This document shows positions 1 to 9,252 of a DNA stretch of 64,000 bases, piece after piece. The notes beneath the pieces were generated by a model that made no database searches, was not told the DNA's origin, and saw only the letters and a list, made by a program, of their open reading frames with translations. Position numbers and translations under genes: made by a program. Origin of the DNA: Nitrosopumilus sp. (GTDB lineage Bacteria; Planctomycetota; Planctomycetia; Pirellulales; Pirellulaceae); contig CAXQOB010000012.1 in NCBI GenBank assembly GCA_964225475.1, forward strand, positions 18,521 through 82,520, given 5' to 3'. Each line of letters opens with the position of its first letter. Position 1 is the stretch's first letter.

Positions 1-477
1 TTTACCCATTCGGGATTTTGTGCGATCTGTTTTTGGTTGAGTGCGAAAATCGAAATGAGTGAGTCCACTGCCATTGCAGGTAAAGTAGCCGTTTTCCTGA
101 AACAGTTCGGGTATCGGACGGACACCGTTGGGTAGATGGATAGGGTGTTCCTGACTTCTGCCACTACGATGGTGATGAGTGCCGGTTGTTGTTTGATACA
201 TACCTGTAATTAATGCTGACCGGAACGTTGAGCAGACAGGTGATGTTGCGTAAGCTCGAGTGAATCGCGTCCCCTCTTTTGCAAGTGCGTCAATATTGGG
301 TGTCGAGATAACCGTCTCGCCGTAACACGACAGATTTGCCGACATGTCGTCTACCACAAACCAGAGAATGTTGGGGCGAGTCTGATCGGCTTGGCAAAAA
401 GGAGGTACGATTGCTGTTAAGGCAACGCAGGTTAGGTACGCAAGGATTGACCGTGGTTTGATTCGTTTCTTTGCCAC
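1..477 (-). CDS. Sulfatase (S1 family), N-terminal part; runs off the left edge of the window
   Basis: Not in the ORF track; translated by hand. VAKKRIKPRSILAYLTCVALTAIVPPFCQA (signal peptide), then DQTRPNILWFVVDDMS...TPNIDALAKEGTRFTRAYATSPVCSTFRSALITGMYQ...GYFT. GTG start at 477; alternative in-frame ATG at 528. Confidence 0.9.
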   Translation of the reverse strand, partial: MAKKRIKPRSILAYLTCVALTAIVPPFCQADQTRPNILWFVVDDMSANLSCYGETVISTPNIDALAKEGTRFTRAYATSPVCSTFRSALITGMYQTTTGTHHHRSGRSQEHPIHLPNGVRPIPELFQENGYFTCNGSGLTHFDFRTQPKTDRTKSRMGK

Positions 478-815
478 AAAGAAAAAAGCGGCTGAACAAG
501 GTCCTCGATCTTGAGAGTGTTGCGTCATATGGGGGCTCAATCGGTTAGGGAGGGAGCAGGGCTTGCGGTCTTCGTACGAGCCCGGATCGGCGTGAAATGT
601 CGAGAGATTCAAGGTTGGGTGTTTCGAAGCTCATTTTCGCTTTGGGAATGACGCCGGTAACCACTGAAGATATCCGCGGTACTCAGTGGAGGAAATCGTT
701 TTAGCATCCGTTCGTTATTTGTTGTATCGTATACTGTCTTCGGCTACGCTCAAAATCGTTTGGTGGAGCTAGTAAGAGTTGAGTGCAGGCGGCTGCGTGA
801 GAATTCACTTTTCTT

Positions 816-3800
816 TTGTTGTTTTCTGTTGGAAACGCGAACTCGAGGTTTGATTTGATCGGTCATTGGAAACGCGATGTCGTGGCTTGTTTGTGTTTAG
901 CGGCGCTTCACGCGACAGTGTTGACGCACACACGCGCGGATGATTTGAACTCTAATCAGATTCGATTCGATCGAGACATTCAGCCAATCTTTGCAAAGCA
1001 TTGTTTGTTGTGTCACGGTGTCGATGAGGCTGAAGGTGGCCTGCAGTTGCATTCAAGTGATACCGCGATGGCTGCCGCTGATTCAGGTATGCGAGCCATA
1101 GTCCCCGGTAATCTCGATCAGAGTGAGTTGCTCAAGAGGATTGTGTCCGATGAAGTGGATCATCGAATGCCACCTGAGGGCGACCGCCTAACGGAAAGTG
1201 AGGTTCAGCAGTTACGGGATTGGATAGAACAGGGTGCGAATTGGACCGTACATTGGGCCTACGCTCCAATCAGCGAGTCGCCCGTTTCCGACTTGCGCGA
1301 TAACAGCTGGTCCAAGCAGGACATGGACCGTTACGTCCTCGCTCAGTTGGAGCGACAAGGGATTACGCCATCTCCACAAGCGGAAAAAACGACCCTGATC
1401 AAGCGTCTCTATTACGATTTGATTGGCCTGCCTCCAACTCCGGATGAAGTCTCGGACTATCTGAGGGATACCTCCGAGGATGCGTATCCGAGACTGGTTC
1501 AGCGTCTTCTGGCTTCGGATCACTTTGGTGAGCGTTGGGGGCGTCATTGGTTAGATAAGGCTCGATACGCTGATTCAGATGGCTATGAAAAAGATAATCA
1601 TCGAGCGGATGCGTGGAGATATCGCGACTGGGTGATTCAGGCCATTAACGATGATCTGCCATTCGATCAATTTACAATTCAGCAGTTGGCAGGGGATATG
1701 CTCACTGAAGCCAGTGCGGACGATAAGCTCGCGACTGCGTTTCATCGCCAGACTCTAACGAATACGGAAGGTGGTACCGATCGTGAGCAGTGGCGAGTTG
1801 CAGCTGTAATGGATCGTACGGAAACCTTAGGGACGGTTTGGTTGGGGTTGAGTGTTGGGTGTGCGAGGTGTCATTCGCACAAGTATGATCAGATCACTCA
1901 GCAAGAATATTATCAGCTGTATGCTTATTTCAATAACGGCGATGAAGCCAATGCTGACATTCCAAAATCTGCGGAGAGGTACGCCTCGCTGACCCAAGAG
2001 TTGGATTCCGCAAAGGGACTCGTAAATCAGAGGCGAGATGAATTAGTCGAGTCTATCGAAGTTTGGAGTCCTTCGCTCCGTAAGCAGGCATTAGCGATTT
2101 CCGCGGACGAAATCCAAGTCCACGCGTTGGAGAACACTCAAGTTCGAGGTCCGGAGGGAGTCTTGTTTACCGAATTGGACGATGGGTCCTTTCTTGTAAG
2201 CGGAGATAATCCTGATTCTGCAAAGTACACGATTGAAGGGACCACAGACGTAAGCAAAGTCACAGGGATACGACTGGAGGTTTTGCCACATGATTCATTG
2301 AACGCGAAGGGTCCAGGACGGACTGCGCATGGAAATTTTGTGCTCAATGAGGTACGACTGTACGCATCCAGTGAACCAGCATGGACCCCTGATCAGAAGA
2401 AAGTTTTGGCAGATGCTACTGCCGATTTTTCACAGGAGGGTTGGGCGGTTGCTGGTGCGATCGATGGTGTTGAAGGTGTTGGGAAAAGTGGGACGGGATG
2501 GGCAATCTCACCCAAGTTTGGCTCACCGCATACTGCGACCTTCGCACTCGATCAACCGCTGGAGCCGGGTGAAAGTAATCTTCAGATTGTGCTCAATCAA
2601 ACCTACGGTTCTCAGCACACCGTCGGGCGTTTTCGTGTCCACGTTGTCACTGGCCGCCTGCCTGGTACCGGTATGCCTGAGGAGATACGAAGCATTCTGA
2701 TCGACAACAAACGGGATGCAAAGTCAGTGGAGATGTTGGTTGCATATCAGCAAGCTCATGATCCGCCCTCGGCCGAGTTGTCGAAAAAATTGCAAGGCTT
2801 GGAAGAAAAGCTTGCTGCTGAGACAATGAAAGTTCGCGTGATTTCGGAAAGGTCTTCGGGTCGCCGCGAGACCCGTGTGCTTCGTCGTGGCGAATTCAAG
2901 CAACCCGAGGATTTAGTCCAGCCTGCCACGCTCACGACTCTTCCGCCAATACGATCAAGGAATGGAGCTGCTGCTACCGATCGCTTGGATTTGGCGATGT
3001 GGTTGGTCAGCGGCGACAATCCAATTGTTCCTCGTGTTGCGGTGAATCATCTTTGGCATCACCTCTTTGGTTCCGGTATCGTTCCAACGATGAATGATTT
3101 TGGAGTGCGCGGGGACAGCCCTTCTCATCCCGAATTGCTCGACCATCTTGCCGCGAAGTTTATTTCCGAAGGTTGGTCGCGCAAGAAGATGATTGAATAC
3201 ATTGTGAATTCAGCGACCTATCAACAATCATCCTCGCATCGCCCCGAGCTTGTGGATCTGGATCCTCGAAACCGTTGGCTGCATCGACAGAACCGATTTC
3301 GTGTTGAAGCGGAGGTCATGCGAGATATCGCACTTTCGGTGAGTGGTCTGCTGTCGGAAAAAGTCGGGGGGCCTAGCGTCTTTCCTCCAATACCGCCTAG
3401 CGTGACCGATCTGACTTACAACAGTAGCTTTAATTGGAAGACGAGTGCGGGTGAGGATCGTTACCGTCGCGGACTCTACACGTATTTCAAGCGAACTGCG
3501 CCGCATCCAAATCTGATTACATTCGATTGTCCGGATTCGAATGTCTCCAATGTACAGCGCGAGCGTAGTAACACTCCGATCGGAGCATTGGTGACATTGA
3601 ATAATGAGACCTTTGTTGAGGCAGCGCAGGGGATGGCGCGTCTTCTTTTGAACAGGTCTGATTTAAAAACGGACAATGCTCGCCTGCGGTACGCGATGCG
3701 GTTGTGCATCGCGAGAGTGCCCGACTCGGAAGAATTAGCGGACTTTGACGAATTACTGCGGGCTAGTCGCCAGTGGTACAGTTCGCATCCCGAAGAGGCT

Positions 3801-3914
3801 GTGAAGATGATCGGGCAGATGGGAAGTAATTCGGTGGACACGACTGAAAATGCAGCGTGGGTTGCAACCCTGCGAATGATTTTGAATCTGGATGAATTCA
3901 TTACTCGAGAATAG
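816..3914 (+). CDS. Planctomycete cytochrome c + DUF1549 (PSCyt2) + DUF1553 (PSD1) domain protein, exported, with two CxxCH motifs
   Basis: FDRDIQPIFAKHCLLCHG (planctomycete cytochrome c), HWAY, FGERWGRHWLDKARYADSDG, CARCHSHKYD, RVAVNHLWHHLFGSGIV, HPELLDHLA, FDCPD, C-terminal LNLDEFITRE. The true start may lie downstream of 816. Confidence 0.93.
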   Translation: MLFSVGNANSRFDLIGHWKRDVVACLCLAALHATVLTHTRADDLNSNQIRFDRDIQPIFAKHCLLCHGVDEAEGGLQLHSSDTAMAAADSGMRAIVPGNLDQSELLKRIVSDEVDHRMPPEGDRLTESEVQQLRDWIEQGANWTVHWAYAPISESPVSDLRDNSWSKQDMDRYVLAQLERQGITPSPQAEKTTLIKRLYYDLIGLPPTPDEVSDYLRDTSEDAYPRLVQRLLASDHFGERWGRHWLDKARYADSDGYEKDNHRADAWRYRDWVIQAINDDLPFDQFTIQQLAGDMLTEASADDKLATAFHRQTLTNTEGGTDREQWRVAAVMDRTETLGTVWLGLSVGCARCHSHKYDQITQQEYYQLYAYFNNGDEANADIPKSAERYASLTQELDSAKGLVNQRRDELVESIEVWSPSLRKQALAISADEIQVHALENTQVRGPEGVLFTELDDGSFLVSGDNPDSAKYTIEGTTDVSKVTGIRLEVLPHDSLNAKGPGRTAHGNFVLNEVRLYASSEPAWTPDQKKVLADATADFSQEGWAVAGAIDGVEGVGKSGTGWAISPKFGSPHTATFALDQPLEPGESNLQIVLNQTYGSQHTVGRFRVHVVTGRLPGTGMPEEIRSILIDNKRDAKSVEMLVAYQQAHDPPSAELSKKLQGLEEKLAAETMKVRVISERSSGRRETRVLRRGEFKQPEDLVQPATLTTLPPIRSRNGAAATDRLDLAMWLVSGDNPIVPRVAVNHLWHHLFGSGIVPTMNDFGVRGDSPSHPELLDHLAAKFISEGWSRKKMIEYIVNSATYQQSSSHRPELVDLDPRNRWLHRQNRFRVEAEVMRDIALSVSGLLSEKVGGPSVFPPIPPSVTDLTYNSSFNWKTSAGEDRYRRGLYTYFKRTAPHPNLITFDCPDSNVSNVQRERSNTPIGALVTLNNETFVEAAQGMARLLLNRSDLKTDNARLRYAMRLCIARVPDSEELADFDELLRASRQWYSSHPEEAVKMIGQMGSNSVDTTENAAWVATLRMILNLDEFITRE

Positions 3915-3968
3915 ATGGGTTATACGTTTTTCCGAGTACGTTTTGATACTAGTTTTGAATGAGATGAG

Positions 3969-5453
3969 ATGAGACGAGGCATGGATTTTTTTCAAAGACA
4001 ACGTCGAGAGTTTCTTACCACCACCGCAAGCGGTCTCGGTGGAATGGCTTTAGGATCCATGTTGACCGATGATGGAGTTTTGCGTGCGCAAGATGCTGTT
4101 GATGGCACGGAGTTACCAGGCAAGGCACCTCATTTTGAAGCGAAGGCGAAGGCGTGTATTTTTATCTACATGGCAGGGGCCCCCTCTCAATTGGATTTGT
4201 TCGACCCTAAGCCAAAGCTTCAGGAACTGCATGGGCAGAAGTTACCCAAGTCGATCCTTGATAAAGCCCGCTTTGCATTTATCAAACCCGATTCTGCGAC
4301 CCTTATGGGCTCACCGAGGAAGTTCACACCACACGGTGAATGTGGCATGCAGTTTTCGGACTGGTTGCCGAACCTTGGTAGCGTTGCTGACGATCTGTTG
4401 ATGGTTCGTAGTCTTCACAGCGAGGAGTTCAACCACCACCCCGGACAATTGATGATGCAGTGTGGTGTCTCACGTTTTGGCATGCCTGCCATGGGTTCTT
4501 GGATCAACTACGGCCTTGGTAGTGAATCGAAGAACCTGCCCGGCTACGTGGTGCTGACTGCAGGTCGCGGGAGTAGTGGGGGAGCGACACTTTACCAGAG
4601 TGGTTTTTTGCCCTCCTCTTATGGCGGTGTATTATTCCGCAATCAGGGTGAACCCGTCCTGAATTTGACAAATCCCAGCGGACTACCTCCTGAGCTTCAA
4701 AGGGCAGGGCTGGACGCGCTTCGTGCTGCGAATCAGCGGCGTTATCAGGAAGTCCATGATCCCGAGATTGAAAGTCGTATCTCAAGTTATGAGCTTGCCA
4801 ATCGGATGCAGACGGCTGCCCCTGAATTGATTGATCTAAGCAGTGAGTCTCAGCAGACGTTGGACATGTATGGTGTTGGTAGAGAAGAACCGAAGAAGGT
4901 GTGGCGGGGATCGCTGGGGCATTTGAAAACCTATGACACCTTCGCGAGAAATTGCCTGTTGGCTCGTCGAATGGTCCAGCGGGGGGTTCGCTTCATCAAC
5001 ATCATTCATGCATCGTGGGACCAACACAGCGAACTTGACTTTCACTTGAATCATAATGCCGAGTGTGTTGATCAGCCAATTGCCGCCTTGATTAAGGACT
5101 TGAAGCAACGGGGCATGCTCGATTCGACCATGGTGGTATGGGGTAGCGAGTTTGGTCGTACCCCGCTTGGAGAGAATCGTCAGGGACGAGCAGCGAACAC
5201 GGGTCGAGATCACCATCCATTTGCCTACACGATGCTGCTCGCGGGGGGTGGGCTAAAAGGTGGCATGACTTACGGCACGACGGATGAAATTGGTTGGAAC
5301 GTAGAAGAAAACCCGGTTCACATCAATGATCTTCACGCAACGATGTTGCATCAGTTTGGATTGGACCATCTGAAATTAACGTATCGGTTCCAAGGGCGAG
5401 ATTTTCGACTGACTGATGTGGGTGGTAAAGTGATGCGTGATTGGATTGCATAG
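3969..5453 (+). CDS. DUF1501 domain protein (Tat-exported, usual partner of DUF1553 proteins)
   Basis: Twin-arginine RREFLTTTASGLG; AKACIFIYMAGAPSQLDLFDPKP; GSWINYGLGSE; CLLARRMVQRGVRF; WDQH; WGSEFGRTP; GRDHHP; HINDLHATMLHQFGLDH..LTYRFQGRDFRLTDV. Confidence 0.93.
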   Translation: MRRGMDFFQRQRREFLTTTASGLGGMALGSMLTDDGVLRAQDAVDGTELPGKAPHFEAKAKACIFIYMAGAPSQLDLFDPKPKLQELHGQKLPKSILDKARFAFIKPDSATLMGSPRKFTPHGECGMQFSDWLPNLGSVADDLLMVRSLHSEEFNHHPGQLMMQCGVSRFGMPAMGSWINYGLGSESKNLPGYVVLTAGRGSSGGATLYQSGFLPSSYGGVLFRNQGEPVLNLTNPSGLPPELQRAGLDALRAANQRRYQEVHDPEIESRISSYELANRMQTAAPELIDLSSESQQTLDMYGVGREEPKKVWRGSLGHLKTYDTFARNCLLARRMVQRGVRFINIIHASWDQHSELDFHLNHNAECVDQPIAALIKDLKQRGMLDSTMVVWGSEFGRTPLGENRQGRAANTGRDHHPFAYTMLLAGGGLKGGMTYGTTDEIGWNVEENPVHINDLHATMLHQFGLDHLKLTYRFQGRDFRLTDVGGKVMRDWIA

Positions 5454-5628
5454 GAATTGTTCGCCCAAGCTGGCTCTGATCGAGCACTTCTCACCAGCGA
5501 GATGTAGTAAGCTATTGGTCGTCTCGATGTTTCAAATGTCGGCGAAGAGATCACGGTGCCATAGGTTCCTTCTGGGATCGCAGCAGGTGTCTGCGTCATT
5601 CACATAACAATCAAAAGGTTTAGCTGTA

Positions 5629-6825
5629 TTGATGAGGAAACTAGTTATTGCCCAAATGTTTCTGGGGGTCTTGGCCGTCTTGCCGGTTCACGTCGCTCAC
5701 GCAGATGAACAGCAAGTGTTTCGTCTGCTGATCAAAACCATTCGTTCAACGGAGGACACGAGTGTCCAGGTGTCTTTGTTGCAGGGAATCCTTCGTGGGC
5801 TCGAGGGTCGCCGTGATGTCGTTGCACCGGAGTCATGGGGAACTCTCTATGAAAAGTTGAAAGTGAGCCCGGACCCAATCGTCAGGGAGCGAGCAGCGGC
5901 ACTCTCGCAAATTTTCGGTGATCAAGCTGCGGTGGAGCAGGCAATGAAAGCCGTCATGGACGCTCAGCAGCCTGTCGGTCAGCGTCGTGATGCATTGAGT
6001 CGACTGCTGAATCAGCAGAACGAGCAAGCCTCGCAGCTGCTGCAGGACTTACTCGATGACGATGAGATGGCGATGGATGCGATTCGGGGATACGCAATTG
6101 TTGAGAATGCAGATGCACCCACGATTTTGCTCAAACGATACTCATCCTTTGATTCACGGAGTCAACGAGCTGTGGTTGAGACACTTGCGTCTCGAAAGAA
6201 CTATGCCGCTTCGTTGTTGAGTGCAATTGAAACGGGTCAGGTGGCCAAGAGCACCGTGCCTGCTCAGGTGGCACGAACACTCCATGAAATGCTTGGGGAG
6301 TCTTTCACTCGGGTCTTCGGCGAGGTGCGAGAAGTCGCACAGGATCGGAGTCAATTATTGGCGAAGTACAAGGAACTGTGTAATCCTGATGCCGTCGCTG
6401 CTGCGAACGCATCTCGCGGCCGTGCGGTTTATCAGAAAACCTGTGCGGCATGTCACATGCTCTATGGGGAAGGCGGTAAGGTCGGGCCAGACCTCACCGG
6501 ATCAAACCGTGCGAATCTCGACTACATTCTACTGAATAGTGTTGACCCTAGTTTTGATGTTCCAGATGCCTATCGTACTGTTTCGGTGTTGACCGTTGAT
6601 GGTCGGTCGGTCAATGGCGTACTGGCAGAGGAAGATGCAAAGCGGATTGTTCTTAAGACAGCGGAGCAACCACGAGTGGTGATCGCGAAAGAGGATATTG
6701 AAGTAAGGAAAACGTCCCCAAAGTCGATGATGCCTGAGGGGCAGTTAGATCAGATGAAACCACAGGAAGTCATCGATCTGATCAAGTATTTGCGAACAAC
6801 GCAGCAAGTGGAGATGTCAGAATGA
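5629..6825 (+). CDS. Putative heme-binding (TIGR02603-like) c-type cytochrome with N-terminal HEAT-like repeats
   Basis: Signal peptide ending AHA; helical repeats; GRAVYQKTCAACHMLYGEGGKVGPDLTGSNR; ILLNSVDPS; SMMPEG (Met axial ligand). Confidence 0.88.
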   Translation: MMRKLVIAQMFLGVLAVLPVHVAHADEQQVFRLLIKTIRSTEDTSVQVSLLQGILRGLEGRRDVVAPESWGTLYEKLKVSPDPIVRERAAALSQIFGDQAAVEQAMKAVMDAQQPVGQRRDALSRLLNQQNEQASQLLQDLLDDDEMAMDAIRGYAIVENADAPTILLKRYSSFDSRSQRAVVETLASRKNYAASLLSAIETGQVAKSTVPAQVARTLHEMLGESFTRVFGEVREVAQDRSQLLAKYKELCNPDAVAAANASRGRAVYQKTCAACHMLYGEGGKVGPDLTGSNRANLDYILLNSVDPSFDVPDAYRTVSVLTVDGRSVNGVLAEEDAKRIVLKTAEQPRVVIAKEDIEVRKTSPKSMMPEGQLDQMKPQEVIDLIKYLRTTQQVEMSE

Positions 6826-9245
6826 ATATTCGATCCAAGCGACAGCACCGAAAAGCATCCGTTATCGGTTTTGATGGTCCAAGAGGATTCTATCGAAGGT
6901 TGTTCATGCAAAGTGGTTTTCTTGACTGTTCACGAAATCTGGTATCCCTACTCTGCATCGTCCTCGTCATGTCCGCCGCGAATGCGGAGGATGGGCGGAA
7001 CCTGTTGCCAAAAAAGCAACATCGGGACAGTAACGCACCGTTTCTGAGTCCGTCAGAGGCGGTGGCGAAGATGTCGATCCCTGAGGGGTTTGATGTTTCA
7101 GTGTTCGCCTCAGAGCCTGACATTGCCGAACCGATTGCTTTCTGTTTTGATGACCGAGGGCGATTGTGGGTCGCGGAGAATTTTAATTATCAGACGCGAC
7201 GTCAGCACACCGATGACCAAGTCAGTCGTATTCAGATTCTTGAAGACACTGATGGTGATGGTGTTTTCGATAAAAAGAAAACCTTCACAGACAAGCTGAC
7301 TTTTACTTCCGGTATCGCGTGCGGATTTGGCGGAATCTTTGTTGGGTCACCCCCCAACCTAACCTTCATTCCGGATAAAGATGGAGATGATGTTCCAGAT
7401 GGCCCACCCGAGATCTTGCTCGATGGATGGGGTATCAATGACCGTCACGAGACGCTCAATAGTTTTATCTGGGGACCGGATGGTTGGTTGTATGGATGCC
7501 ACGGTGTGTTCACGCATTCAAGAGTAGGTAAGCCAGGTGATCGTGATGCGGATCGTCAATTTATCGATGGAGGTATCTGGCGATATCACCCCGTCCGTGG
7601 AACCTTCGAGATCTTTGCTCGCGGATTCTCTAATCCGTGGGGATTTGATTTCAACGATCATGGACAGGGCTTTGCAACCATGTGTGTGATTCCCCATCTG
7701 TTTCACATCGTTCAAGGTGGAACCTATCACAAACAGAGTCGGCCTCATGTGAATCCCTACGTCTATGATTACATCACGACGATTCGAGATCATACGCACC
7801 TATCAGCGCACGGCGGCGCCCGTTTTTACTTGGCGGATACCTTTCCTGAGCGTTATCGGGACCGTCTATTCATGTGCAATATCCATGAGCATGCCGTGCT
7901 GACAAATTACATGGTGTCCAATGGGTCCAGTTTTATCGGTAAGCATGGAAGTGATTTCATGCCCACCAACGATCTCGCTTGGGTCGGATTCAGCGTGGAA
8001 ATAGGACCTGAGGGTGGAGTCTATCTGTTGGACTGGCATGACCAAGATGTTTGTGGGAATGCGGTTAAATTTCCCAATAGCGGTCGTGTCTATCGAATCA
8101 TGCCGACGGATGCCAAGGTTTCGCAGCGGCCCAATCTTCGAGCGGCGAGCGATGCTGAACTTGTTGCGTATCAAATGCATAGTAATGACTGGTATGTGCG
8201 GCAGGCGCGAACGCTTTTGCATTATCGTGCCGAATCTGGCGAGTTGGAAGATCTTGGTTCGGTGCATGATTCATTAACGGAGATGTTTCATCGAGTCGGC
8301 TCCACGCCCAAAAAATTGCGAGCGATGTGGGCTTTGTATGTCACCGGCGGTCTGGATCGTCAACGTCTGACGGAGTTGCTTGCACACGAGGATGAGTACA
8401 TACGTTCGTGGGCAATTCAGTTCTTGTTGGATGAAAGCACTGTGAATGCTTTTCAGCCGAATTCAGATACCGGAACGTTGCTGGAGAAGGATCTGCTGGG
8501 GCGATTTGCTGCCATGGCGCGAGAGGATACCTCGCAGGTGGTTCGCTTGTACCTTGCCTCCGCCACGCAGCGTCTTGCGTACTCTCAGAGATGGGAAATA
8601 CTGGAGTCGCTGATCTCGCACCCTGAGGATGTAAGCGACAATAATCTACCCAGGATGTACTGGTTTGCTCTTGAACCCATGGTTCCGTCGCATCAGCAGC
8701 AGGCTTTAGAGCTTGTTGTTAAGGGTAAGATTCCGCGTTTGCAGGAGTTCGTGGCGCGAAGGCTTATTACCGGCGACTTGAACCCAGCGGACCTCAATCA
8801 GGTAAGTCGTTCCGCAGCATGGGATAAAACCATTCAGTCATTGATGGCGGGTTTACGCGTCACTGCTGTTGGTGAGGGTGGAGTGTTGAAGCATTCTGAT
8901 TTTCGTAATCAAACCGCAATTCAGACTCATCCGCTCGATCGCAAGACGCCATGTGTGATCGCAAAAAAGCGATTGGTTGTGCCAGAAGATAAGAGCACCA
9001 CCCTGAGACTGAGGGTTTCGCACCATCCGCACGGTGATTGGCAGTTACGTGTTCTTGCAGGAACAGAGGTATTGACGGACCAAATTGTAAGTTCGGCCAC
9101 TGTCGGAAGTGATGAGTGGCTTGATGTATCAATTGACCTATCTCGTTTTGCAGGTCGTCCTATCAACCTATCAATCGAGAACCGGGCCAATGATTGGCGG
9201 AATGAATGGGCCTATTGGAATAAAATTCAGATCGTTTCGGAGTAG
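6822..9245 (+). CDS. PVC-type membrane-bound dehydrogenase-like beta-propeller (TIGR02604/DUF7133-like) with HEAT repeats and an extra C-terminal beta domain; no CxxCH
   Basis: SPSEAVAKMSIPEGFDVSVFASEPDIAEPIAFCFDDRGRLWVAE; DRHETLNSFIWGPDGWLYGCHG; GFSNPWGFDFNDHGQ; GPEGGVYLLDWHD. ATGA overlap with the upstream stop codon (6822-6825). Confidence 0.88.
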   Translation: MNIRSKRQHRKASVIGFDGPRGFYRRLFMQSGFLDCSRNLVSLLCIVLVMSAANAEDGRNLLPKKQHRDSNAPFLSPSEAVAKMSIPEGFDVSVFASEPDIAEPIAFCFDDRGRLWVAENFNYQTRRQHTDDQVSRIQILEDTDGDGVFDKKKTFTDKLTFTSGIACGFGGIFVGSPPNLTFIPDKDGDDVPDGPPEILLDGWGINDRHETLNSFIWGPDGWLYGCHGVFTHSRVGKPGDRDADRQFIDGGIWRYHPVRGTFEIFARGFSNPWGFDFNDHGQGFATMCVIPHLFHIVQGGTYHKQSRPHVNPYVYDYITTIRDHTHLSAHGGARFYLADTFPERYRDRLFMCNIHEHAVLTNYMVSNGSSFIGKHGSDFMPTNDLAWVGFSVEIGPEGGVYLLDWHDQDVCGNAVKFPNSGRVYRIMPTDAKVSQRPNLRAASDAELVAYQMHSNDWYVRQARTLLHYRAESGELEDLGSVHDSLTEMFHRVGSTPKKLRAMWALYVTGGLDRQRLTELLAHEDEYIRSWAIQFLLDESTVNAFQPNSDTGTLLEKDLLGRFAAMAREDTSQVVRLYLASATQRLAYSQRWEILESLISHPEDVSDNNLPRMYWFALEPMVPSHQQQALELVVKGKIPRLQEFVARRLITGDLNPADLNQVSRSAAWDKTIQSLMAGLRVTAVGEGGVLKHSDFRNQTAIQTHPLDRKTPCVIAKKRLVVPEDKSTTLRLRVSHHPHGDWQLRVLAGTEVLTDQIVSSATVGSDEWLDVSIDLSRFAGRPINLSIENRANDWRNEWAYWNKIQIVSE

Positions 9246-9252
9246 AACAACC

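Noticed and set aside
290-499. 69-aa minus-strand ORF from the track
   Set aside because: It is an out-of-frame shadow of the real sulfatase, which is in another minus frame and runs off the window edge.
661-689. 7-bp inverted repeat CCACTGA-N15-TCAGTGG in the divergent promoter region
   Set aside because: Short enough to arise by chance; I saw no second copy and there is no nearby regulator.
3959-3973. (ATGAG)3 micro-repeat at the DUF1501 start
   Set aside because: Only three units; too short to support phase variation.
5454-5628. Intergenic stretch with protein-like fragments interrupted by stops, and the antisense ORF 5351-5599
   Set aside because: No recognisable family; it cannot be called a pseudogene without a search.
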